Assembly: GCF_000315625.1 (NCBI RefSeq)
Contig: NW_005434654.1
Location: 697,881-761,880, forward strand
Source of the DNA: Guillardia theta CCMP2712
Taxonomy: Eukaryota > Protista > Cryptophyta
DNA: 64,000 nt
Direction of reading: 5' to 3'
This document shows positions 12,312-22,521 of this stretch, one piece after another. Each line of letters opens with the position of its first letter. Position 1 is the first letter of the stretch. The notes below the pieces were generated by a model. It searched no databases. It was given only the letters and a program-made list of their open reading frames with translations, and was not told the origin of the DNA. Made by a program: the position numbers and the translations under genes.

Positions 12312-13132
12312 CCCTTAGACGCGATACCCGGAGCGGCAGCCGAGAGGGATGAACGCTCGAGGAGGAGTAGTCATAGCATATGCAGCGCGATGTTTGCGAA
12401 TCTTGGCAGACGCTGCAACATGGCTCGGAGGGCGGCGTCGAGGTTGACCTCCCCCCACTTGGTCAGGTCGCCGCCGGCAGAGGCTACCAATGTAAGGGTG
12501 GACCAACGGTCACGTCCGCCATCAAGCCCTCGTACTGCTCGGACCCTCGATCGCGGATTCCAGGGATGTGGATATCGCCCTTCATCTTGCGGCCATGAGG
12601 ATGGGAGGGTACCTGCCGTCGAGAACGAGGATCCCCCACTGTATCGATGACGCTCTGAAGACCAGCTTCGTTCAGCATCGACCGAATCGTACGAGTAAGG
12701 TTGTCATGCGCCGTGGGAACTTCGGAAGCTTGGAGGATCGGCGTTTGCAGGTCTGGAGATGATGTGCAGCAACGGAGGGATCGAGCTCGCGCTGACATCC
12801 ATCACATTCCGTCGGACACTGGCAGATCGGCATGCCACTGATGGAGATAGCAGTCGAGCATCTGAGCATAGCGGTGCGGGAAGGCCTTGAGGGGGTAGTA
12901 GCTCGAGACTCGCATCGGAGAGTGGCTCAGGTCCGATCACGCTCAGGAAAATGAGCGAAGATGGTCAGCCTGTGAGACTGCAAGACCCTATCCTGCGACT
13001 TGAGCGAGTGTGTCCTGCGGCTACACGACGGTAGAGGATCGCTCCAGCATTATGAACGAAGTCGTGCGCCTCAACGAAGAAGGTCGCCAGAGGATGCTTC
13101 TGGGCACGGAGAGATCTCGAGCAGTGAACGTC
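12312..13132 (-). pseudogene. Retroelement fragment (thumb, CCHC, RLE) with deletions and many micro-insertions
   Basis: Homologous to 8055-9020 and 10790-10960. Contains KGDIHIPG..LMADVT (PD-(D/E)xK-like RLE core). Confidence 0.9.
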
Positions 13133-14184
13133 GGCCATAGCGTTGCCGTTCCGTATCCTTGTCGGATCAGTTAACCAGGGTGGTTCTCATAGTAGTTTTA
13201 GTCAAATTCAAGCGGCAAGAGAAAATTGAGCTAAAAATGTTGGCTCCGTCAATTTATGTACCTTTTTCGTTGCCAGGGCTGCCGGGCCATCCAAGACGAG
13301 AAGGGCAATGTTGAGCAAAACCTTCCTCTATTTGATATGAATAGGCGTGTATAGTTGACTAAATAATCATGAGGAGGCTCGGGGTAGGTATTCAAATGAT
13401 TTGAATCTTTCCAACGGCCTCCAGCCCGTGTTGAGGGGTAGGGGGTAGTGCAAACTTCTCGTATCAATCTAAAACACTTGTAAACGACCTCACACTTGCC
13501 CCGTCTCTTCCCTATCCCACTACTCCCAATGTACTCAGGGACTGTTTGCTCAGCTGCTGAGCGCAGTCAAGGACCATGGCCCCTCAATGCTAACTCCTGA
13601 AACTGCCAGGCAAGTACTGAGATCAAACAGCTCAATTCTTGGCTGAGAATCACACCTATAGTAGGTTGAATGTGTAAGGTATGCATCTCATCGAAATTTG
13701 CACTTGCGTACCAAAGCACTCATCAGCTATAGGTGATGGTTGTTCACTTCCAGAAGAAGGGAAACATGAAGGGAACCGATCAGAGAAGCAACCTTCGAAG
13801 ACATGAAGGAAATTCGATTCTCCTTGTTGTGTTGACGCCCTAGCTTCCTTTACCTGAAGGCTTCGTCGGTTGAATAAGAAACATATTTCAAGAGACTTCC
13901 TGTTGCTTTGCCATGATTGCGTTTTTTGAGGCTTCTCCCAACCTATTGTAATATGGCGGTGTCATTTGTGAGGAGGTGAGGAGTTTGAGAGGCTGGGGGA
14001 AGGAGAGGGGAGGGGTTGGAAGGGAAATGGACGCCTGGGAGGCCAGGCTAGTTGATATGCCTGATCGCTGCGAGAGGAGATGCCGGAGGAGAGACCGTGT
14101 TTACTCAAGACCACTAGCGAGGAAGGCAGGAGGGCGAGGAGGACATGAGAGGAGAGGAAGGAGAAAGCTACGGGTAGAGACGGT

Positions 14185-15110
14185 TTACTTGACAGCACTA
14201 ATGAGGAAGGGATGCTTCAGAGCCTCCAGTGCTGTAATCCTCGTGCGGGGATCGATGTTGAGGCAGCAGTTGAGGAAGTCCCAGATCGCATGTTTCTCAT
14301 CCACCTCCAGCCAGTCCTTGCATCCCGCATGCGCGCCCAGGGAGCTTGACAAGGTCCGCCATGTTTGCTTGAAACCGCGGGCATAGCTGAGATGCAGTTC
14401 CAATGGTGGAATCTGAATGACATCAAGTTAGCAACCTCAGGCCTCCCGCCACCATATCACCCTCATCCTCATCCTCTTGATACAACAACGCCGACGACAA
14501 CAATTTTACCTTAACGTCGAGGAGCTTCCACACAGCATCCATGCTCTTGATGTACATGCGCAAGCTGCTCAGACAGTCAGACAAGCGCACTTCCAAGGTA
14601 CACAAAGAGCGTACCCGTAGATCTCCATCGTTGCCGTGACTATGTCGTTATACTGGAACCATTGGAACTGTGTCGTGCGGCACAGCAGGGTAAGCAGTAC
14701 TACCCCAGCAGCCCACACGTCCACTGCTGTGGTCTGGCACTGCATGCCCATGAGCACTTCGGGCGCTCGGTATCCCCGAGTTCCCGCGCGTTTGACTGGA
14801 CGTTCGAATTTGACCCCTGAGTTCCTCACTGTCACCGATGCGTTCGTCTTGCTGACGCCCAACATGATCCGCCTCTTCGCCATCTGCTGCGCCATCTCTA
14901 GCTTCTCCTGCTCCTTTTGATTCCGCGAGGAGCGAGAGCTGGCCGTAGAAACCTCACAGGGCAAGATGTTGCCGATGCTGCGGCCTGATGACTGCATTTG
15001 TTTCTCTGCCAGCCCAAAGTCCACAAGCAAGTACTTCTTATTCCTTCTGTCGTAGAGGAAGTTATTCAATTTCACGTCTCGATGCATAATAAATGTATAA
15101 TGTATAAGAC
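14185..15110 (-). CDS. CDC7: CDC7-like Ser/Thr kinase; only the C-lobe is visible, so possibly 5'-truncated
   Basis: IMHRDVKLNNFLY..KYLLVDFGLAE, an insert, then RAGTRGYRAPEVL..QTTAVDVWAAGV; the final exon reads DPRTRITALEALKHPF. No GxGxxG or VAIK found upstream. Confidence 0.7.
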
Positions 15111-15239
15111 AGTTCTTGCTCAAGACCGAGTTTAATGCACACTGTGACACGAAACCACTGAGAATTGAGGCAGCACTGCACATGAGAGACTCCCGACTGT
15201 ATGCTAGAATGATGGAACTTCGGAACTCAAGCATCATTG

Positions 15240-15770
15240 CAACGCCGCCGCTGTTCCGATGACACGGACCGGGTACGGCCCGGTACCGCCGGGCATTGCC
15301 GCCGCGTGGGGCCGCCGCCTGGCTCGGAACTTGACTCTCACCGTTCAACGGTTGTGACTCACCGGCTCGGCGGTACTAGCCTTGAAGCCTCAGAGGTCCC
15401 GGAGAGTCCGGCTCGCCCGGCCGGGCGGCGGTCGGACCGTACTACGGTACCTTGAGTTTTCAGCCTGTGTTCAATTAACTCAGCGGGGCTATCTGATCGG
15501 ACGGACTGGCCGCATGGCTGGCATGCTGATCCCGGCATTAATCAGCAGTGCCGACGGTGACCGTCTCACTGAGCCCGGGTCCGCCGGGCGGCGGCGGCCG
15601 GGCGGAGCCCGAGTCAGTCCGACAGCACTCTCAGCGGCTGAGGGCCGCGCCAGCCCGGCGCTCAGCTGACTCAGTGACTCGGCCTTGTCGGAACCGCCGC
15701 ACGGTGCCTGCTTGCCAGCGCCGGGGCCGGGCGGCCCCGGTACTACGGTAGCCTGAGTCACGGTGGCAGA
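15240..15770. other. GC-rich tract built of short palindromic words (ccgg, ggcc, actcag, cacggt, cggtac); similar tracts at ~4810-4990, 20745-20960, 45280-46080, 47885-48720 and 50060-50245
   Basis: Composition and word reuse are seen directly. The ORFs here are Pro/Gly/Arg/Ala low-complexity on both strands. Confidence 0.75.
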
Positions 15771-15892
15771 CACAACTTGAACAGTCGGAGGTCGGCATAA
15801 CTTAACATAAACTGATGGCATGCCAGGCTTCAGTCGGAACTTGGAACACTCAGTGCGCCCGAAATGATTCAGGGCCACAAAAAATACTAAGT

Positions 15893-17348
15893 TTCACTGT
15901 GGAACAACTTGAAAATTGAGGGGGTGTTCGGCCTGAAATCTTTGTGTGTCACTCAGCGGCCGGCGCAAGCAAGTCCAACCTACATGGAACAACTTGAAAA
16001 TTGAGGAGGTGTTCGGCCTGAAATCTTTGTGTGTCACGCTCCTCCAAGTTTCAAGTTGTTCCATATAGTTTGGAGCAAGTCCAACCTACATGGAACATTG
16101 AGGGGGTGTTCGGCCTGAAATCTTTGCCACCGGTGACGGTGTGTCACTGCCGCGCAAGCAAGTCCAACCTACTAGGCTACATGGAACAACTTGAAAATTG
16201 AGGGGGTGTAAGAACTCGCCGCCGATAAGTTCTTGGAGACGGCGACTGAGAAGTTCAGGGTATTGCGTCTCATCGGTAGACGAAGCTCAGCGACTCACTG
16301 ATGGAAGTGGGCTTTGACATAGGTCTGGAATTAAGGAACTTCGACGAGCCTGAGGGTCTGGCAGTGAAAAGGGGGTGAGGAGGACACAGTGACACGTGTC
16401 ACAGTGTCCAGGGCGCTGTGCATTGTACTAGGCTTGGTCACTGGAGTCACGGTTGCCGCGGTGCAAGGGACTGAAGGGGAAGTGACTGCTGTGAATAAAG
16501 GAAGTGTTGGTGGCCCAGTGGTGTTGTACTGCACAGCTGTGTATCGTTCAGAGGTGAATAAGGTTGGGGTAAGGATCTCAGGTGTACTGAGAGATAGTGT
16601 TTGCGGCCACGGTGGACATGATCTTGGGTTAAATAGAGTCTGGCCAGTAGTTAGGAGGTGGAGGTTGATTCGATCATCGCCGGGGGTGTTCGGCCTGAAA
16701 TCCGAAGTTTGTGTGTCACGCTCCCGGAGTCCAAATTTCAAGTTGTTCCATATAGTTTGGAGCAAGTCCAACCTACATGGAACAACTTGAAAATTGAGGG
16801 GGTGTTCGGCCTGAAATCATTGTGTGTCACGCTCCTGCGGCCTGAAATCATTGTGTGTCACGCTCCTCCAAGTTTCAAGTTGTTCCATATAGTTTGGAGC
16901 AAGTCCAACCTACATGGAACAACTTGAAAATTGAGGGGGTGTTCGGCCTGAAATCATTGTGTGTCACGCTCCTGCGGCCTGAAATCTTTGTGTGTCACGC
17001 TCCTCCAAGTTTCAAGTTGTTCCATATAGTTTGGAGCAAGTGTTCGGCCTGAAATCTTTGTGTGTCACGCTCCTCCAAGTTTCAAGTTGTTCCATATAGT
17101 TTGGAGCAAGTCCAACCTACATGGAACAACTTGAAAATTGAGGGGGTGTTCGGCCTGAAATCATTGTGTGTCACGCTCCTGCGGCCTGAAATCATTGTGT
17201 GTCACGCTCCTCCAAGTTTCAAGTTGTTCCATATAGTTTGGAGCAAGTCCAACCTACATGGAACAACTTGAAAATTGAGGAGGTGTTCGGCCTGAAATCA
17301 TTGTGTGTCACGCTCCTGCGGCCTGAAATCTTTGTGTGTCACGCTCCC
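15893..17348. repeat. Tandem satellite with a 137-bp unit (internal ~30-bp duplication) containing a 26-bp-stem hairpin
   Basis: tttcaagttgttccatatagtttgga-gcaag-tccaacctacatggaacaacttgaaa at 16736, 16873, 17080 and 17217 (137-bp spacing where intact), a half copy at 17010, and degenerate copies at 15893-16209. Confidence 0.93.
16210..16681 (-). mobile_element. 472-bp insertion into the satellite with an 8-bp target-site duplication; possibly a degenerate LINE fragment
   Basis: gggggtgt at 16202-16209 and 16682-16689, with the satellite unit resuming exactly. The RT resemblance (NYWP..QTLF..KIMSTVAAN) is weak. Confidence 0.6.
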
Positions 17349-18119
17349 ATCGCAAGTCAGCTTTGATGGCCATTATGGCCTTCACAGGCGTGGCTGGCCC
17401 TCCGAAGCTCAATCATGATGCATCGCCAATACGATATCAAATATCAAAATAAAAAATATCAATGTTGAAAGTTTCCCGCCACTGTGAACTCTGCGAAGCC
17501 GTACAGATATGAGGATGTGCAGCGTTTGACAGAGCAAGACAAGTCAGGTGAGCATTATCTCTTTTTTTCATCGAAATTATCACGGGAAGAGATCCAAATG
17601 ACGTGTTCTTGATGCAGGTTGGAATGATTTGCAGCCTTTGGCAACTTGTATGAGATTGATGAACGGGTGAAGACTTTGGCAAGTGCCCAACCAATATTAC
17701 AAACCGGTATCCAGGAGTACGTAGACGTACCAGTAAGCCGCCCAGCATACAAAACTCTCGAGACAATGGCTGCATACGAAGGGGTTTTCGACACATCGCA
17801 GAACTGTCCCGATGTGAAAAGGTTGTGACATGAAATGGGCACAAACAAAGATAAGTTCAGGACTCGGGAGTCGATCAGGTCTAGGCAAAATATTGACATG
17901 GTCATCTCACTGCATGGAAGAACATGCAAAACTGAAGGAAAAGCTCAACGGAAAGTTCTAAATGAACAGATACAGCGCATTTTAGCAGTCACGGTCGGAG
18001 CAGCTCGATGCTTGAAACAAAGATGATCCTCAGTACAATCGAATGATGACAAGTAAGTCCCGTGGTTCGTGAAGGATTCTTCATCCAATTCTTAAGGATG
18101 TGTTGGAACGATGAAACAT

Positions 18120-19267
18120 TTTGCAAATCACCAATTTCATCACACTGACTGATGCATCATGTAAATATTACTGGTGTGAACTTGCATCAGATTCTGTTCA
18201 TCGGATGAGCCGCTACCAAGCAGTTGATGTCACAGCAAACAAGAGAGCCGTTTTGAAGATGTTGATATTCCTGACCGTAGAGCATTCAAGATGTGGCCAC
18301 ATGTCACATGCTTCTTGGTTAACGCAGATACACCCTCGCCAGGCAAAAGATGGAACGTCTTCAGGATTACAGGGAGGTCGGTTGTGCTTGTACCCTGATT
18401 GTAACTCTTCTAATAAAGATATGATAACCTGAATGTGCAATTCTGTTTGTTGATTCACAGTGTTTGCGACTCGATTGCAATCATCGAGTGCTTGCTCTGT
18501 TGAACAAGGCACTCCTCTGTAGAGCCATGCGACAAGAACACTACAGTTGCACGGTAGCATTGCGACACCAAGACAGGATTGATCCGATGAACGTCTCATT
18601 TATTGATACGCAAAGGCATCATCTGCACATTGCTTCATTTCTGACTAGGTTTCTGTGCAATCGAAATCCTTGTGAAAATATCATGACAGAGGAAAAATTT
18701 GAAGCGAAACGGAAAAATCATCGAAATATGATCATAGATATAGTGATTCATGATCAACAACGGTTCTCTACAGTCATCTATGCGGGCAGGAACAGTCATC
18801 TTCTGTGCAAACGTCTCTTCATGTATCGTTGAACGGTTGAGTGCATGTAAGACTTGCCTCCATAGAAAATTGAAGTGCATGAATCCTGACTGTAAGACTA
18901 GAAGAATTGAAAGCAAGTGATGACATGAGAACACATATCTAGACAGAAAAGTCGCTCAAGGTACAGCTGGATACAAATTTCTCACAAATCACAGTCATGC
19001 ATTTGAGCGCAACGTGCAACCTACGGCAATTTGAATAAAGGGTCAATCAGAGTTGATTCTGTTCAATGGTGTATCGATTATCAATTCCTTACCTGATCAT
19101 AAAAATTTCATCTTGTCTTCGAAGAATATTTGCAAGTACACCCGCGGATTGTTTGAACCTAGGGTGCATATTCCATTGCAGGATGGATGATTCAAACCTT
19201 GGCCCAACCTGTAGAGTTGAGAAAGAAGCTCGATCATCTCTTACAGGTATGATATGAGATCTTCATC
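18120..19267 (-). mobile_element. Degenerate intron-bearing dispersed repeat, possibly a Cys-rich DNA-transposon relic
   Basis: 18599-19266 aligns by eye, inverted, with 49301-49991. It has stops and frameshifts. Cys-rich motifs (CTEDDCSCPH; PCNCSVLVAW; EACDMWPHL) only loosely resemble KDZ/CxC-type transposases. Confidence 0.45.
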
Positions 19268-19972
19268 TCATTTCTATCTCAGTTGGGTTGGATTCGAAGT
19301 CTCTCAATATCAAAGTTCATCCTGGTGAGTCACGAAGGCACCATTTCATCCCTTCTTGCTCGTCCAGGGAGAGGGGGCTTGGGGAATGAGAAATGGGTGT
19401 TACCCCCACCCCCTATTGTAGAGTTTCAAACTCGTTCAAAGGTGGGTAGTTGAGGGTGCTCCATACCCACCCCACCACCCAAAATGACTCAAACGGAGGG
19501 GTTCTCGGATCCGAAGGAGTCCCGCCTCCATCACCCCCTCTCATTTGAATTCAAGATGGTTCAGGCCGACCCCACATACAGGCTTGCAGTTTTCTTATGT
19601 ATGCCCATATGATTTGATCGGACAGGCCCCAGGTTCAAGGGATGAAGCAATTGAATTCACCAGCATGCTTGAAGATTTTTCATGGGAGTGGGGTTATACT
19701 TGTACCGGATGTGTACAATACATAGGGGAGAACCCCGAATGGTACCAAAAGAGTACCAAAGTCACATGGTTCGGACTGTACTAACTGGTACCAAGAAATT
19801 GTACTCAAGAAGACCCTACCCCTGAAAAAGTTCTGCTTGGCTCTTCGTGATTTGAATTCGGAACACGGTCGGAAGACCCACCCCGCCCCCACATGAGGCG
19901 TGGTATGCGTGGATTTGAATCTACCACCCTCACCGCGAAACGTTTTAGAGCTCCAAGGTCAATTGAGAAAGG

Positions 19973-20734
19973 CAACGGTCACGTCCGCCATCAAGCCCTC
20001 GTACTGCTCGGACCCTCGATCGCGGATTCCAGGGATGTGGATATCGCCCTTCATCTTGCGGCCATGAGGATGGGAGGGTACCTGCCGTCGAGAACGAGGA
20101 TCCCCCACTGTATCGATGACGCTCTGAAGACCAGCTTCGTTCAGCATCGACCGAATCGTACGAGTAAGGTTGTCATGCGCCGTGGGAACTTCGGAAGCTT
20201 GGAGGATCGGCGTTGGCAGGTCTGGAGATGATGTGCAGCAACGGAGGGATCGAGCTCGCGCTGACATCCATCACATTCCGTCGGACACTGGCAGATCGGC
20301 ATGCCACTGATGGAGATAGCAGTCGAGCATCTGAGCATAGCGGTGCGGGAAGGCCTTGAGGGGGTAGTAGCTCGAGACTCGCATCGGAGAGTGGCTCAGG
20401 AGTCCGATCACCGTGGCACGCTCAGGAAAATGAGCGAAGATGGTCAGCCTGTGAGACTGCAAGACCCTATCCTGCGACTTGAGCGAGTGTGTCCTGCGGC
20501 TACACGACGGTAGAGGATCGCTCCAGCATTATGAACGAAGTCGTGCGCCTCAACGAAGAAGGTCGCCAGAGGATGCTTCTGGGCACGGAGAGATCTCGAG
20601 CAGTGAACGTCCAGGCTATGAGGAGGGGGCAGGGTCCGTGACATGGGCTGGTCAGAGTACCAAGCCTGAAGCGAGGAAGCGAGCGATAGCCGTATAGTAA
20701 ACAGCGGGGTGTAGACCCTCAGAGGGCGTGAACT
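19973..20734 (-). pseudogene. Third retroelement fragment (thumb-CCHC-RLE start), nearly identical to 12504-13132
   Basis: Shares the same deletion and micro-insertions as the 12.5-kb copy, plus extra insertions at ~20400-20420. Confidence 0.9.
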
Positions 20735-21633
20735 TTCACTCGTCCTCCTGGGCAGACTGGGCCCGGACCGCCGGACTGCGGCCCCCCCGGCCCCCCCGAC
20801 CGTGACAGGCTTGGCGAGGCAACCCAGCTTTAAGTGAAAATACTGGTACTAAAAGTATTGTCCTCGTACTGATTTTTAACTTAACTTTGAGAAAAGTATT
20901 GGAGGCCGCAACGGCCCCGTCCCTTGTCATGTGACTCCCCCGGCCGACTGAGTCTCTGGCCCTCGAGACGGGGTAGGGTGGGCTAAGCAGGAGGGGTGGA
21001 GGTGACTACCTACCCGTGGTGAAAGACTTTTTTATCCACTCTTAGAAGGGGTTATGAGTGTCCACAGGGGTAGTAGGGGTGTGAGTGTGGGGTTTCCGAG
21101 TAAAAAGGAGGCACACGAAGGGGGTAGGGTAGGGCTGAGGGTCAAACGAAAAGAAGAGGCGCTTTTATTTGAACATGATATTCAAATGTTCCGAGTTATT
21201 TTGAACCTGGATATAAGATTAGTTTCCATTTTAATAACATATGTATACAGTACCCACCCCGTATATCACCCCCACCTATCTTTTACAAAAGAAATGGACC
21301 GGTATTTTTTGATTCTGCAGGCGAAACCCTACCCTCACATCCCAATACTCCTCCAGTGCTTATGGACCCCTACTTTCATCACATTTTGTGTTGGCGAACG
21401 TGAGGTGGGTGGCGATTTGTGGTCTGAAAATGGACTACTCGCTATTTGGGGTATCTGCATTCATAAATTTCAAAATGATAATCTAAATAATAAACATTAG
21501 GCCATGTTATTGAAAGATTTAATAGAAAATTGAAAACTGGAGAACCCTTGGTGGAATAAAACCTCCAACAAACGAGCACCTCGGCATCTCTGGCAACAAG
21601 CAGCAAGGCAAGCAAGGAAGAGATCAGCCGCTC

Positions 21634-21705
21634 CTCTGAGCTCCTCCTCTTCTATGCTCTGAGCTCCTCCTCTTCTATGCTCTGAGCTCCTCCTCTTCTA
21701 TGCTC
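21634..21705 (+). repeat. Three 23-bp tandem units upstream of the cyclin
   Basis: ctctgagctcctcctcttctatg x3. Confidence 0.85.
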
Positions 21706-21772
21706 CCTGCTGATTGAAATCAATTTCTCTCTGCTTGGTCCACATTGCTCAAAGAAAAGATTTTTTGTTGAA

Positions 21773-22504
21773 ATGGTTGGTGCTGATGCAGAACCTTGCT
21801 CACATTTGGTCGAGTTGCAAGAATTCATGGCTTCAGATGCTGCACGCCAAGAACGATTGGTTGCTGTCATCGCTGTTATGCTGCAAGAAACAGTGAATGC
21901 AACTCAAAGTCTGTGTCGCCCCACAAAGCTCTCTTCGTTTGATGGGCCCAAGCCTCATTTGTCTGCGAGTTCTTACGTCAAAAGAATCATGAAATACAGT
22001 GACGCCAGCCCATGTTGCCTTGTGGTTGGCGCCATCTACCTTGAACGCTTGAAGAAACGAGACGACATGGTGGCTCTCACTGTCTACAACTTTCAAAGGT
22101 TGTTCCTTGTTGCCGTCATGCTCGCGTCGAAGTTTCTCGACGACGCCTACGCTTCCAACAGGATCTGGGCTGAGATCGGCGGTCTCATGGTGGAAGAGCT
22201 CAATCACCTCGAGCTTGAGTTTCTCTATAGGATCGCCTTCTCGCTTTCCATCAGCCGTGAGGAGTACGACTGGTACGCCGAAGAGCTTCATCGAAGAGCA
22301 GACTTGCAGGAGCGCGAATGTCCTGAGAACCCAGCAAGCGCCACACGCGAGGAGCTCAACTCCAGCCTAGACCATGATCTTGATGTTGTCACCCGACAGT
22401 TTGCTGAGCTTGAGTCGCAACTTTCAAGAAACAGCACACCGACGTCTAAGGCGTGTTGGATTGCTGGGCAGGAGAGCGAGAAAGTCTCGCTCGCATCTTA
22501 TTAG
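21773..22504 (+). CDS. PHO80/CYCU (P-type) cyclin
   Basis: SYVKRIMKYSDASPCCLVVGAIYLERL..NFQRLFLVAVMLASKFLDDAYASNRIWAEIGGLMVEELNHLELEFL is a PHO80-like cyclin box. Confidence 0.92.
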   Translation: MVGADAEPCSHLVELQEFMASDAARQERLVAVIAVMLQETVNATQSLCRPTKLSSFDGPKPHLSASSYVKRIMKYSDASPCCLVVGAIYLERLKKRDDMVALTVYNFQRLFLVAVMLASKFLDDAYASNRIWAEIGGLMVEELNHLELEFLYRIAFSLSISREEYDWYAEELHRRADLQERECPENPASATREELNSSLDHDLDVVTRQFAELESQLSRNSTPTSKACWIAGQESEKVSLASY

Positions 22505-22521
22505 TTCAACGCATGTAAATG

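Noticed and set aside
15092-15112. Tn5 mosaic-end/adapter-like ctgtcttatacattatacattt
   Set aside because: Imperfect match, and it reads in register as kinase IHxxxIMHRD; probably coincidence.
16682-17348. CRISPR or hammerhead-ribozyme (retrozyme) array
   Set aside because: Linkers are identical, and no CTGANGA...GAAA hammerhead core is present.
20821-20900. Spliced-leader RNA gene next to the CRE-like fragment
   Set aside because: There is a small stem around a GT, but no proper Sm site (gatttttaac), no tandem copies, and I cannot verify the leader sequence.
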